In this document: positions 1-13,589 of the stretch, piece after piece
How positions within the stretch are numbered: the stretch's first letter is position 1
Layout: each line of letters opens with the position of its first letter
Assembly (NCBI RefSeq): GCF_020745735.1
Contig: NC_083419.1
Coordinates: 2,976,001 to 3,040,000 of the forward strand
DNA: 64,000 bases
Origin: Hemiscyllium ocellatum
Taxonomy: Eukaryota
Direction: 5' to 3'
Notes under the pieces: generated by a model
What the model was told of the DNA's origin: nothing
Seen by the model: only the letters and a program-made list of their open reading frames with translations
Database searches by the model: none
Translations under genes and position numbers: made by a program

Positions 1-755
1 CTCTCGAACACACTGGTTCATTCCTTCACTTCCCACATCTACATCCCCCCACCGACTCCCACCACCTTCCCCTGCAGTCTGGGGGTGTAACACCTGCCCA
101 TTTCCCTCCTCGGTATCCAAGGCCCAAACACACCTTCCAGATGAAGCAGCACATCCCACAATCTAGTCTACTGCATTCACTGCTCACAATGTTCTCTCCT
201 CTACACTGGGGAATCAAAGTGCAGACTGTGTGGCTATTTTGCAGAACGCCTGTCTTCTATCTGGAAAAATGACCCTAAACTGCCTCACGTCTGCCACTTT
301 AACAGCCCACCCTGTTCCCTGTCTCAGACTTGCTGCAGTGCTCCAGCAAAGCTCAGTGTCCGACTTTCCGCTGGGGGCCCTGTGGCCTTCTGGACTCAAT
401 ATCAAGTTCAACAATTATATGGCATCAACATCTTTTCCCAGGTTCTTTACGCCAACAGCCACACACCATGGCCTTGTTGTGACATAACCCCACAGTCAGC
501 TGCTGGTGCTCCCCATGAGCAGCTGCTCATTCCCCCAGTCTGACTTTCACTGACTCCCCTTCATCAGTAATTACTGATTTCCCTCCCTCAACCCATCATC
601 TACTGCCTCCCCTAACCCAGCCCATCTTCACAACTGATTGTCTGTAGAGATCGGTCTATATGTTGAAGAGGGGTCACTGGGCCCAAAAGATTGACACTGT
701 TTTCTCTCCAGATGCTGCTAGACCTGCTGAGATTGTTCAGCTATTTCTGTTTTTG
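1..755 (+). mobile_element. Decayed Penelope-like element 3' fragment (GIY-YIG endonuclease remnant + pLTR)
   Basis: 160..249 translates NLVYCIHCSQCSLLYTGESKCRLCGYFAE (GIY-YIG-like). 660-755 matches the pLTR end seen elsewhere (cagatgctgc.agacctgctgag). Confidence 0.75.
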
Positions 756-1540
756 ACTCTTCAAACTGATTGATGTTCCACTAGTCTTCCTCCCTTGCTC
801 CTGCCCCTGCCCCTCTGTTTCATCTCACTCTTCTAGCATCCGCTTCTATTCCTCCCCCTCACCCCGCGCTTATTCGTGCCACACTCTGAAGTTTCCCCTG
901 AATTTACCCACGTCTGCATCTTTTTGATCTTTTCCCCCTCCAGCCCCCAAGTGGATCGCCTTCTCTTTGTCAACCCTAATCTGTTCTAAAAAGGGAATTC
1001 AGATCTTTTCTGCAAGTAACTATACATTTCCCAGAGCATCTGATGAAAACCAAACACAAAAGCTTTGCCTTTTAACTCTCTCCGGGTGGGGATCTCAGCA
1101 GAAAAACAAATCGAGACACTCCCCTTAAAAGACACTTACGGCAAATCGCTAAAAACAAGAAACAATTTTAAATGTATCAGTTAAACCGGTCTATGATGCC
1201 AAACAGGTACAGTATAGTTAAACGCATGACCTTCATAATTCATTGCTTGACTTTGAAATGTACGGAATTCCTGTACAACACAGTTTTTAAAGGGGCAATG
1301 AAACCTGGTGAGTTTTGAATATTAATTTGAGAAGATCCAATTCAAAATGAAACTGGGTGAATCCCTGAGGCTACCTGCACTTTGAACTAAGACTAATCCA
1401 ATCATTCAGCCCATCACCCAGAACCGAATCGCACACTATGTACCTCCTGCCACCCCCTCCCTGAGCACAGGAGGAGCCGGCTGCGTGTGAGATCCTCCAA
1501 ACTTGCTGCAGTAAAGTTTACCATCCTCCCTCTGTCTGTT

Positions 1541-1644
1541 TCCCCCACCCCCACCCCAACCCCAACCCCAACCCCAACCCCCACCCCCAACCCCCACCTC
1601 CACCCCCAACCCCCACCTCCACCCCCCACCCCAACCCCCACCCA
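1541..1644. repeat. (CCCCAA/CCCCCA)n C-rich simple repeat
   Basis: Visible hexamer tandem. G-rich on the PAWR-sense strand, so G-quadruplex formation is possible. Confidence 0.9.
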
Positions 1645-2039
1645 AAATCAAGAACAAATCTATTTCAAAGCATAGCTCTGACTGGAAATAAATTGCAACG
1701 TTGCTGACATCTGCCAGTAAATACTTCCATCCATCAGTGTGTGATAACAATTTGGCATTAGCAAACATTCCAGAGACACATTCCAAAGGGGATTTCAATT
1801 AATTTGCAGCAAAGTTAACCCCCCGCCCAGTCACCTATCACATTCAGACACTCGAGTCTCAGTCTTGTCCTGCTGTAGCCACTACAGGAGATTCACTTGC
1901 GTGCCAAATGGTAGGTTGTGCATGACAATGTTTTAATTAATTATTTTCCCATATTATAATAAATAACCATCCAACCACAAACCATGTGACTTGAATGTAA
2001 CATGCACATGTGCATTTACGTAGCACCATTGCCACTTGT

Positions 2040-2310
2040 GTGACACGTCAAGGAGCTTTTACAACCATGAAAATGTAGTTGCTGCTGTAGTGTCAGGAAA
2101 TGGACCATCAGCATTCTGCACAGCAAGTTCTCTCTCTCACACACACACAAAATGGGAAAGCGGTGTCTGTTGGAGCTGATGCTAGCTGAGGGGTGAACAT
2201 TGGCCTGGGTACCAGTGCGAATCTCCATGCTCTTCTTCAAGAACACTGGCCACGACATCTCCTGCTTCCACCAGAGGCGGAAAAATGGAACCTCATTGAA
2301 ACAGCCGCAG
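2040..2310 (-). mobile_element. Decayed Deu-type SINE (SacSINE/AmnSINE-like) fragment
   Basis: Similar by eye to the better copy at 10820-11220. Confidence 0.45.
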
Positions 2311-2699
2311 ATCCTCAAGACTTGGTGCACCACCTCATTGGCGACATCATGGGGACAATGAGGGAGTGATAACACCAGTGATGCATTGCCCAGAAGCACA
2401 GTGATCCTCCTGTCAGCTGCCAACTTGAGGGGGTCACTGATGCTGTTTCCAGGCTCCACAGACCAGCAGCAGAAAGCCCCAATATCATCACAGCTGATGT
2501 CAGGACACCATGTTGGCTGGGGGGAACGGCTTTGCAGCAATGGGCAGGTCTCCAAGGGTAGGGCAATGGGCGATTGGAAACATCACTGGTCGAATCCAGA
2601 GCTCTAGGACAACAGCTCAACTCCCATCACGGCAGAGGGTAGAATGCGAATTCAATTAAAAGTCTCAGAATGACCATTGTTGATTATCATGGTCATCCA

Positions 2700-3285
2700 G
2701 CACTGACACAGACCCTTCGGTCCAACCAGTCCATGCTGACCATGTTCCCAAACTAGTGCCCCCAGCCTGCACTTGGCCCATCTCCCTCCAAACCTTTCTG
2801 CTGTACTCATCCAAACGTCTTTTAAACATTGTAAATGTACCCACATTCACCACTTCATTCACTTTATTCCACACACAAACCAGTGAAAGGAAAGTTGCCA
2901 CACATCTTTTTTAAATCTTTCTCTTCTCACCTGAAAAGTACACCCCCTTCCTCTAGGGAAAAGGCACCTGCTTTTCAAGATCGATACTCCTCATTATTTT
3001 ATGAAATTTTATCAGATCATCTCACAAGCTCCTACACTCCAATGAACAACATCCCAGCCTATCTCACCTCCTTGTAACTCAAACCCTCCACTCCCAGCAA
3101 CATCCTGGTAAACTTCTTCTCAACGCTCTTCAACTTAATAATATCCTTCTATAACTGAGTGACCAGAAGTGGGCACAGTGTTCCAGAAGAGGCCTCATCA
3201 ATGTCCTGTACATCCTCAACATGATGTCCCAACTCATCTACTCACAGGACTGAGTAATGAAGGCAAGTGTGTTAAACATCATCTT
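2700..3285 (-). mobile_element. CR1-clade LINE 3' fragment, degenerate
   Basis: 3' tail (cagacccttcggtccaaccagtccatgc) and RT C-terminal remnants (VWN...FKRRLD). Confidence 0.8.
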
Positions 3286-4179
3286 AATCTTAAACATTAA
3301 AACAAAACCATCTGATACACTAATGGTCTTCAGGAAGGGAAATCAATCATCCTTACCTGGTCTGGCCTACAAGTGACCCACAGCCATGTGGTTGACTCTT
3401 AACTGCCCTCTGGGCAGTTAGGGACAGGTACAGGAAATGTTGGGCCAGCCAAGTCTCAGTGTGAATAAAAAACATTCACCTTTCAGGAGAGTGTGGACAC
3501 AGAATCTAAAATGCTGTGGGATACTGAGACAAGACACAATCTAGACAAAGAGCTCCCATGATTTTTCAGAAGATACATTAATGTACATATGTGCTCATGA
3601 GACACGCTAACACACAAGGATAGTCTCAGACAAAGCATAGCACACCTACACAGTGTCCGTGTCATGTCACTTATTGACCATCTATCCTGAACAAGGCACT
3701 GAGGAATCCCAATAGCGTTAGCTCATTATCCCACAAATATTTTAACATGAAGATCTGCACGTTTTTATACATTTAAAACACAGAAGCTGCAGCAGGGCTG
3801 ATGGAGATGAGTAAAATTGTTGAGTGCACAGGCAAGTTAAGAATGTTCACAACTTTTTACATATAGATAAACTAAGTCTGGTGAAATTCTTCACATTCTT
3901 TCACCATTTAAGTCACTGAATATTTCCTGAGATATTTTCTGTTGCTCTGACCCAAATACTTGGAGCTCTTTACGGTGTTGATTCAACAACAAGAAGCTGT
4001 ATTTATATAGCACCTCCAACACAGCCAAAATATTCCAAAGCATTTCACAGCAACAGTTACCAGAGAAAGTTTAACATGAAGCCATACAAGGAAATGTCAG
4101 GACAGGTGAGCAAAACATGGAGAAAGAAGTTGGTTTTCAAAACCATGTCTTAAAAAAAAATTGAAGAAAAAAAAGAGGG

Positions 4180-4213
4180 ACAGAGAAGGGGGCGCAGAGA
4201 GGGAGCAAGGGGG

Positions 4214-4246
<33 letters not shown>

Positions 4247-5035
4247 CGGCGGCGCGCAGAGAGAGACGGGGGCGCAGAGACAGAGAGAGAGAGACGGGGG
4301 CGCAGAGANNNNNNNNNNNNNNNNNNNNNNNNNNNNNNNNNNNNNNNNNNNNNNNNNNNNNNNNNNNNNNNNNNNNNNNNNNNNNNNNNNNNNNNNNNNN
4401 NNNNNNNNNNNNNNNNNNNNNNNNNNNNNNNNNNNNNNNNNNNNNNNNNNNNNNNNNNNNNNNNNNNNNNNNNNNNNNNNNNNNNNNNNNNNNNNNNNNN
4501 NNNNNNNNNNNNNNNNNNNNNNNNNNNNNNNNNNNNNNNNNNNNNNNNNNNNNNNNNNNNNNNNNNNNNNNNNNNNNNNNNNNNNNNNNNNNNNNNNNNN
4601 NNNNNNNNNNNNNNNNNNNNNNNNNNNNNNNNNNNNNNNNNNNNNNNNNNNNNNNNNNNNNNNNNNNNNNNNNNNNNNNNNNNNNGAGAGGGTGTAGAGA
4701 GAGAGAGAGAGAGAGGGTGTAGAGAGAGAGAGAGAGGGTGTAGAGAGAGAGAGAGAGAGGGTGTAGAGAGAGAGAGAGAGAGGGTGTAGAGAGAGAGAGA
4801 GAGGGTGNNNNNNNNNNNNNNNNNNNNNNNNNNNNNNNNNNNNNNNNNNNNNNNNNNNNNNNNNNNNNNNNNNNNNNNNNNNNNNNNNNNNNNNNNNNNN
4901 NNNNNNNNNNNNNNNNNNNNNNNNNNNNNNNNNNNNNNNNNNNNNNNNNNNNNNNNNNNNNNNNNNNNNNNNNNNNNNNNNNNNNNNNNNNNNNNNNNNN
5001 NNNNNNNNNNAGGGGGGGTGTAGAGAGAGGGGTAG
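4180..5035. repeat. (GA)n-rich satellite with two assembly gaps (N 4309-4685 and 4808-5010)
   Basis: Directly visible. Confidence 0.97.
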
Positions 5036-6266
5036 ACAGTGAATGCGGGGGATGGGAGGAGGAGAGAGCAGGATGGGGGGGGGTGGAGGGAGGGGTTGAC
5101 AGAGAACGAGCACACGCAAGCAAGAGCGAGACTGCTAGAAGTTGAAGGAAAGGATTCTGGAGCTAAAGGTATGGCCTCCAATAATGACAGGACAACTGGA
5201 CTATCCTAAATCAGAGGGGGCAGAAATCTGGCAAGGTCCTGGGGCTGGGCGAGTTAACAGGTTTCGACACTTGCAATGTCAAAGACGGACTCCTCAAATG
5301 GGACCATGTCAGGTCAGGTACTCATGGTACGGGGTTTGGGCAGGGCGGTAGGGGGGGTGGGGGGATTCACAATTCAACCACACCCCCGCCTTCCCTGGTC
5401 TGACGTCCAACTATAAACAGAGCAGTTTCATGGTATTTGGAACAAGCCCCAACTTCGACCAGATCTCATCGAGTTGTACACCTGCCAAGCCGCACTTGGC
5501 ACTCTTCTGCAGGTGATACTTTAGCTCACAGCAATGCCTGCTTTACCCTGTCACCAATACCCCTCCTGTTTCAACACAACTTACTTCAATCGCCCCATGT
5601 CGGTCCCTGCTCTTTCAGTTATTCCATCTTCATCTTGTGGAACTTTCCGCTAAGAGTACTCAGTCCCTTCGTTGAAAGGACTCTGGGAGCATTTGCCTTC
5701 TACGTTGGTCTTACCCTCCCTCTTCTGCCTACCCCACACCTGCTGATGTATCCTCAGTGCAGGACAAAGTCAGATATGAAGGTGCAGTGACCTCATCGTG
5801 CTACATGCGGAATCGTCGAGTCCTGGGGATGATGGTCCATGAGGCATGCAGTCTACCTACACAGAAACTGCAAACAGGAGCAGGAGTAGGTCATTCAGCC
5901 CTTTGAGCCCGCTCCACCATTCAATCCGATCATGGCTGAGCATTCAACTCAATTCCTGCTTGTGTCTCCACACCCTTTCATTGTTTTAGCCCGAAGAACT
6001 ATATCCAACTCCTCCTCAAAAACATTCAATATTTTTGACTCCAATCATTTCCTGTGGTAATTAATTCCACAGGCTCTCCACTCTGCTCATCTCAGTCCTC
6101 AATGGTCCACCCTGCATCCTTTGACTGTGATCTCTGGTTCTGGACTCCCCGGTCATTGGGATGAAGCCAGCTCCCCCTAGAACCAGCTGCCCTCCCTGCA
6201 GGGTCAATTCTGGGTGAGCTAGCCCTCACCTCACCCAGCCCCTCCTACAGTCAGCGGTTTCTATAA

Positions 6267-7464
6267 ATAGAGTCATAGAGATGTACAGCACGGAAACAGA
6301 CCCTTCGGCCCAACCCGTCCATGCCGACCAGATATCCCAACCCAATCTAATCCCATCTGCCAGCACCCGGCCCATATCCCTCCAAACCCTTCCTATTCAT
6401 ATACCCATCCAGATGCCTCTTAAATGTTGCAATTGTACCAGCCTCCACCACATCCTCTGGCAGCTCATTCCATACTCTTACCACCCTCTGCGTGAAAAAG
6501 TTGCCCCTGAGGTCTCTTTTATATCTTTCCCCTCACACCCTAAACCTATGCCCTCTAGTTCTGGACTCCTCGACCCGAGGGAAAAGACTTGGTCTATTTA
6601 TCCTATCCATGTAAACGTCTATAAGGTTAACCCTTCAGCCTCCGACGCTCCAGGGAAAACAGCCCCAGCCTGTTCAGCCTCTCCCTGTAGCTCAGATTCT
6701 CCAACTCTGGCAACATTCTTGTAAATCTTTTCTGAACTCTTTCAAGTTTCACAATATCTTTCCGATAGAAAGGAGACCAGAATTGCACGCAATATTCCAA
6801 CAGTGGCCTAACCAATGTCCTGTACAGCCGCAACATGACCTCCCAACTCCTGTACTCAATGCTCTGACCAATAAAGGAAAGCATACCAAACGCCTTCTTC
6901 ACTATCCTATCTACCTGCAACTCCACTTTCAATGAGCTATGAACCTGCATTCCAAGGTCTTTTTGTTCAGCAACACTCCCCAGGACCTTACTATTGTAAG
7001 TCCTGCTAAGATTTGATTTTCCAAAATGTAGCAGCTCGCATTTATCTGAATTAAACTCCATCTGCCACTTCTCAGCCCATTAGCCCATCTGATCAAGAAC
7101 CTGTTGTAATCTGAGGTAACCTTCTCCGCTGTCCACTACACCTCCAATTTTGGTGTCATCTGCAAACTTACTAACCGTACCTCCGTTATATAAATGATTT
7201 GGATGTGAATAAATGACGAAATGTAGTGGACCCAGCACCAATCCTTGTGGCACTCCACTGGTCACAGGCCTCCAGTCTGAAAAACAACCCTCCACTACCA
7301 CCCTCTGTCTGCTATCTTTGAGACAGTTCTGTATCCAAATGGCTAGTTCTCCCTGTATTCCATGAAATCTAACCAGTCTCCCATGGGGAACCTTGTCAAA
7401 CGCCTTACTGAAGTCCATATATATCACATCCACCGCTCTGCCCTCATCAATCCTCTTTATTACT
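6267..7464 (-). mobile_element. HER1/CR1-type LINE, 5'-truncated, RT pseudogene
   Basis: ORFs 7080..7550 (DFSKAFDKV, GVPQG, KFADD) and 6627..7061 (RPLLEYCVQFWSP). 3' tail with (CTATGA)-like repeat. Confidence 0.95.
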
Positions 7465-8349
7465 TGGTGGCAGGTGGTGGGGGCCTTGGCTGGTGTCCAG
7501 CCACATTGGAGATGCTCATTCAGAAAGGCACTGAACATTGATAGGGACATGCAAAGGAGAAGATATTAGAGGGAGCACTCAAACCTCCAGATAACTCAAC
7601 CACCCGACACTGCCATTACCATCTGCCCCAGTTATAGCACAGTCCGCAGCCCGCCTATTAAGCTCACCATCTCAGAACCCTGCCCCCACCCTGAGCACCA
7701 GCCTGTCCCCCTCACCCTGGGATCGTGAGCCCCTCCCCCTTGCCTGCATGGGAGTGACGAAGAGAACAACTCCTCCCTCAATCATTGCGCAGGGAGAGGT
7801 AACCTGGATGATGAACTCGGGTCTTCTGAGGGGGGAGTATGTTTTCTGACTAAAATACAATTGAATGTGAGTCACAGAATGAGGCAGGGACTGTCCTCAA
7901 ATTGGACCCAATGGGCTTAGCTCCCCGTTAATTGGAACATAGCTTGGCCATGAAAGGGATAAATCTGACTGTTCAGAACCAAGAGTCTTACACATGGAGA
8001 AAATAAAGCTCTGTCAGGCCTTCAGAACATTCAAAGCTGCTATCTACAATCACAGATCATAGATTCAATTAGAGATGGGGAGGAATTACTTCGCTCAAAG
8101 GCCCGTAAGTCTGTGGAACTCAATCCCCCAGAATGGGGAATTGAGTAAATGCAATGAGGAGGGAGGCAGAGTTTGCATTAGGAGCGGGTTGGACGGGCTA
8201 TAGTCAGTGGACAGGAAATGGGATTGAGGCCGAGGGATCGATGACTGTATCAAATGGTGAAGGAGACGGGCGGGGGGTGGGGGGGGTGGGGGTGGAGGGA
8301 GGGAATGATAATGTTTCAAATCCAATTGAAGGTACCGTTGCCACTGTCC

Positions 8350-8919
8350 ATCTCCGGGACACCCGCACCAATCAACCTCACAGCCCCGTGGCCCAACATT
8401 TCAACTCCCCCTCCCACTCAGCCGAGGACATTGAGGCCCTGGGCCACCTTCACCGCCGCTCCCTCACCACCAGACACCTGGAGGAAGAACGCCTCATCTT
8501 CCACCTCGGAACACTTCAACACCAGCGCATCAATGTGGACTTCAACAGTTTCCTCATTTCCCCTTCCCCCATCTCACCCTAGTTCCAAACGTCCAGCTCA
8601 GCACTGTCCCCATGACTTGTCCGGACTTGTCCGACCTGCCTAGCTCCTTTTCCACCTATCCACTCCACCCTCTCCTCCCTGACCTATCACCTTCATCCCC
8701 TCCCCCACTCACCCATTGTACTCTATGCTACGTTCTCCCCACCCCCACCCTCCTCTAGCTTATCTCTCCACACTTCAGGCTCACTGCCTTTATTCCTGAT
8801 GAAGGGCTTTTGCCCGAAACGTTGATTTCGCTGCACTTTGGATGCTGCCTGAACTGCTGTGCTCTTCCAGCACCACTGATCCAGAATCTGGTTTCCAGCA
8901 TCTGCAGTCATTGTTTTTA
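8350..8919 (+). mobile_element. Penelope-like element 3' fragment (family A) with pLTR
   Basis: Encodes HLRDTRTNQPHSPVAQHFNSPSH...EEERLIFHLGTLQ..INVDF (PLE GIY-YIG C-terminus). Closely similar to 54370-54840. Confidence 0.88.
8792..8826 (+). ncRNA. Minimal type-I hammerhead ribozyme motif in PLE pLTR
   Basis: CTGATGA(8796-8802)-A-GGGC TTTT GCCC-GAAA-C-GTT. Palindromic ACGT stem III and a short stem I (tc/ga). Confidence 0.75.
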
Positions 8920-9609
8920 ACCGAACAGACCATAGTCCTGCTCTCTCATGAGAGAGAGACACAACTGAAGGAGGTTGAACCTGAGAGTCACCATGCCTCT
9001 GGGGAGGGGGAAAGAGGTTGAGGAATATCCTTTATTGTCACCTCAGCTGGTACAGGAATTGCATTAACACTGTCAGCAAACCCAACATTCCAGGCACCTG
9101 ACAAGTCTGGGTACTCATCTTCAGTACCAGGGTCAAACTGGACTTCAGACATGAGCTGCCTCTCTTCTCTCTCCAAAGCTGTTGCCAGACATACTGCGTT
9201 TCTCCAGAGTTCTCTGTTTTTATTTCAGATTTTTACAGTAGCTTGCTTTGAGCTTCATGCAATCATATGTTTCTGTTCAGTGCAAATACATTTAATACCA
9301 TACATAGAGATGTGGTTGCTGACATTCCAGTTAGACTTGAATAGACTTCAGAGAACACATCTTCAACCCATTTTCCAACATGGATTAATGCCCAGGTGCC
9401 AGCACTCTACCAATCAGAAACTCCAACACATTAATCTAAGCCAATGATTCTGCAACATTCAGAAATATTTTGGGAGTGGAACTTTTTATTTTGAAATTCT
9501 TGCATCAAATTTCATTATTGTCACGACAGATTTAGCCTTGCACTGCCGAAGTTACATATCATGTTGGACTCAGACCAACACTTCTACAGGAATTCTGCCT
9601 TTGTACTTG

Positions 9610-9995
9610 TGATGTGGAGGAGCCGGTGTCGGACTCGGGTGGATCAAGTTAAATATTATTTTCTGGATTAGTGGTGCTGGAAGAGCACAGCAGTTCAACA
9701 CCAGGTTATAGTCCAACAGGTTTATTTAGAAGCGCTAGCTTTCAGAGCGCCACTCCATCAGATAGCTCCAAACCTTTTGGACTATAACCTGATGTTGTGT
9801 GACTTTTGCCTTTGTTCTTGTTATTTACGATGTGGAGGCGCTGTGTTGGACTGGGTCGGACAAGGGCAGAAGTCCGATGACACCAGGTTATAGTCCAACA
9901 GGTTTATTTGAACTCACGGGCTCTCATAACCTGCCCCGCTGAGAGTTCAAATAAACTTGTTGGACTATAACCTGGTGTCATCTGACTTCTGACCT
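9610..9995. mobile_element. Two adjacent PLE family-B palindromic pLTR remnants (9610-9810, 9828-9995)
   Basis: caccaggttatagtccaacaggtttattt and its reverse complement occur in each copy. The first also contains a family-A fragment at about 9660-9697. Confidence 0.8.
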
Positions 9996-10537
9996 GGTTA
10001 TCTCCAGCAAACTGCCATTCTTAATGAAAACTCTATTCCTGGAATGATTCAGACATCGTTAACAAATCCCCCCCGCCGCTGTGATCTGCTGCTCTCCGCA
10101 TTATTGGAATTTCTCGCAAGAACAATTTGTGAACCAGAAAGTAGTTTGAAGTTCCTCAAAACTCCAAGTTAACTGTGATATGAGGTGATGTTAAATTATA
10201 AACAAACTTATGGAGCATATAAGCAGCTTGTAACAGAAGGTCATTCCAGTGCAATGTGTGCGAGCAGACAGGGAGGTGGGGGGCCAGCGTACTGTAATTA
10301 GTCACAATCAGACTCCCTGGTGACCCACTGTCCTTCAGTCAAGTGTAAGTTTTAGTCAGGTGTACACCCCACACAGGAGGGAACAACACAATTCATGATT
10401 GAATTGTGAACATGGCTATTTTAAGCATCTGCCAGGAAAGGGAAGAATTTTTCTGGTGTGTAACGTGTGAAAAGCTTGATCAAACATGAACAAATAAGAG
10501 CAAAATGTCCATTTGCGTTGGCAGCGGAAGGTGAATG

Positions 10538-10745
10538 GAGTCACCTAGCTCAGTTGGCTGAACAGCTGGTTTGTAGCGTGGTGTGATGCCAATAGTGTGG
10601 GTTCAATTTCCACACTGGCTGAGATTACCATGAAAGCATCTCCTTCTCACCCAGGGCGTGGCGACCCTCAGGTTAAAACCCCACCAGTTGCCTCTCTCTC
10701 TAATGTCAGGGCAACCCTATTGTCCAGGAAAACAACGGCTGCTTT
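10538..10745 (+). mobile_element. tRNA-derived SINE (MetaSINE-like core; related fragments at 8920-9090 and 28558-28665 on minus)
   Basis: A-box tagctcagttgg, B-box-like ggttcaatttcc, core ggcgtggcgaccctcaggttaaa.ccaccag. The superfamily name is from memory and tentative. Confidence 0.6.
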
Positions 10746-10819
10746 TCACTCACCTTGGAAGTTAGGAAACAAGACTGTGCCATGTATCAATTTATATGAC
10801 ACTTCCACCAGCACCAGTC

Positions 10820-11220
10820 ATTGTAAAACAGGAAGATTTCTGTTTGACAATGCTCTGAGTGCTCTGCAGCTAATGCATGTGACTATGGGAAGGGGCAGTC
10901 ACTGTTGCAATGTTGGAAATGCACCATTCACACTGTGCACAACAAGATCCCATCAATCGCAATGTGATAGTGTTTGTTGGATATTGGGAAGGGACTCACA
11001 CTGGACACAACACCAGGAGGAACTCTACTACTCTTTTTCAAAACAGAGCCATGGGATCTTTTATACCAAGCCAAGGAAGGAGAAAGGATGGCATCTCAGC
11101 CAGTGCAGGGCTCCCTCGGCACTCCACAGAGAGCTAACCTCGAGCGTGCGCTCTACTCCGAGACAGGGAACTTGAGATTCAGGTGCAAGAGTTTTGCCAA
11201 CTCAGTCACAACGAACACTG
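10820..11220 (-). mobile_element. Deu-type SINE (SacSINE1/AmnSINE-like) with L2-like tail
   Basis: Reverse complement contains aaagatcccatggc.ctgttttgaa..ag (Deu core). Further fragments at about 19120-19250, 21930-22110, 36300-36450 and 49440-49550. Confidence 0.6.
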
Positions 11221-11259
11221 CACATGAAAGATAACACGGAACTAGACGGAGCAAAATCT

Positions 11260-12960
11260 GGCCAGATGAGCCAGTGCGGTAAAAGCGATAGATTTTAAAG
11301 CACACCTGAGGTACAGGGTTTAGAGGAAGAGAAGCCGGCGTTCAGGGCCCAGGCAGCAGGTGAGAGGGTGAGAGAGAGAGAGAGAGAGACCAAATGTTGC
11401 AGCAATTTAACTTCAGGAGCTCATGAAGCAGGAATTAGAGAAGTGCAGATATCTCTGAGGGTGGTAGGGCTGGAGGCAATTATAGAGATAGGCAGGAATG
11501 GGGCCGGGGGGGGGTTTGGTTAAAAACCACAAAGAGAAGCTGTTCATCTGGCACCAAAGGCAGTTCGGTGAACACAGACAGAATTTAGAGAGAGCGAGAG
11601 AAATAAGCAGCAGGGCTCCGAGTGACCAGGGGTTTTCAGGGAGTGGAGAATGTCGGCGGTTGGTGAAGATTGCTTGGAATATTCCTGAGGAAACATTAGC
11701 ATGGATGAACATACCTGCAGGAACGACAGCTTTGTGGTTGTATGTGAGCATCGAGAGAGAGAGCCTGGTTCTACAGAGTGAGGTTCACCTTTATAGACAG
11801 ATGCCAAAGGGCAGGGACGCACTCACGGATGACAGAGTTGAGTCAAGGCTTCAGGCAGCATCAGAGATCAAAACATGGATCAAGGCCCTTTGGCCCATCA
11901 CATTCACACTGGTCACAAACAGCCATCTGACTACGCTAACCCCATTTCCCAGCACTTAGCCCATATCCTTGACATCACCCATACACATCGAAATATGTCT
12001 TCAATGTGACCAAGGTTTCTGCCTGTCCCACACTGGCAGGCAGCAAGTTTCAAATTCCCCAGCACCCTCCAGCTCACATCCTCTCAAACCCTCCTGTCCC
12101 TTACCTTGAAGCTATATCCCTCGTCACTGATTCCCTACCCCAAAGGAAAAGGTTTCTTACTCTCTGCACCCCTCAATTTTACAAATCTCATCATATCCCC
12201 TGTCAGCAAACAAAATCCAATCTCTCTCCTTCATGGAGACTCTCCAGCCCAGGCAACATCCTGGTGAATTTCTGCAGCGCATCTTGTAAATGGTACACTG
12301 CGCCTGAGGTGGAGACAGCGAATGCTTGTGGATGTGATGTCAATCAAGTGGGTTGCTTTGCTCTGGATGGTGACTGGGTTCTGAAGTGTTACTCCCCATT
12401 CAGGCAAGTGGGGAGTATTCCATCACACTCCTAACTTGTGCCTTGTAGGTGGCGGACAGGTTGTGGGGAGACAGGTGAGTTACGCAGCATAGACCTCCAC
12501 CCCCAATGACATTGAGGGTCTACAAACACCAAATGGACTGCATGAAGACAGCTCTCATCACCATCTTCTGAAGGACAAATGGATATGAGCGATGAATGCT
12601 AACGTAGTCAGTGAGGTTCACGTCCTGTGAATGAATGAGAAAAGCTAACAGCCCCAGCCTTGAACTTGCTCTTGCAGCCACTGTACTTACAAAGTTAGCC
12701 CAGTTCAGTTTCTGGTCAGTGGTAACCTCAGGATATTGAGGGTGGGACATTCAGAGATGGCGATGCCACTGAAAGTCAAGGTGAGATAGTTAGATGTTCC
12801 CTTGTTGGAGATGGTCACTGGCACCACAGAAATGCCAGGCAATGTCCCTTTCCCTTTGTCAGCTCAAACACGGATGGTGCCCAGGTCTTGTTGCAGATGG
12901 ATGCAAGCTGCTTCAACATGAACATTGGGCCATCATCAGCGTCCATCCTCACCTCTGACC
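11260..12960 (-). mobile_element. Cluster of old nested LINE fragments (L2-like, CR1-like)
   Basis: Degenerate RT and 3' segments similar to other copies in the window. Confidence 0.6.
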
Positions 12961-13589
12961 TCGGGATGAGCAGGGTGGTGCTGAGAATAAGTCATGGACA
13001 TTCGAGTTTTGAGAGAGTACGGGAGAGCAGCCTGGCGTGGGCTGGATGCATTGAGGATCAGAGTTTAGCAAGGGAAGTGAGAGTGATGAGAGACAGATGA
13101 GAATTATCAAGCGATCTAGAAATACCCCACAATCAGGGCGCTGTTCTACAATGTGCTTTTCTCAGCAATTTCACTGGTGAACGTAATTACAATTTAATGC
13201 AAATGCAAGAATAAATTTACAATTTACTGCACATGTTGCAAATAAGCAACATTTCGGAATAATTTTTCCATCAAAGCATTGTTCCTGAGCTGCTCCGAAC
13301 AGAAAACATTTAAAGTTAGAGGCAAACAATGTTCCCTTTCCTTTGGAAGAACAGAGAACTTTCTACGTCCGAGTAAGTAGCAGACGCTGTGCAAATGACA
13401 CAACAATTTGCCCGGCTTTATACAGAACATCATCTTCACCACATGACCAAACCAGTAATTAACGCTGGGCATTGTGGGCGGTTGATGGCCACTGACTTGC
13501 GCAGGTTGGCCACAAATATTTTTCAAAATTGACACCAGGAGGATAGAAGAAACCAGCCCCACAAAGGAGTTTTGAGAGTCAAGGGTTTT

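Noticed and set aside
1541-1644. Interstitial telomeric repeat
   Set aside because: The units are CCCCAA/CCCCCA, not vertebrate CCCTAA.
2316-2620. Coding-like unique segment (ORFs on both strands), possibly another transposon relic
   Set aside because: Only vague motif resemblance. It cannot be assigned without a tblastx or HMM search.
4097-5181. Long ORFs of 328-343 aa
   Set aside because: Artefacts of N-gaps and (GA)n repeats.
8988-9176. Minus-strand ORF with EDEY as a candidate next PAWR exon
   Set aside because: No match to the conserved EYEDDEAGQKERKRED sequence, and it overlaps SINE and PLE remnants.
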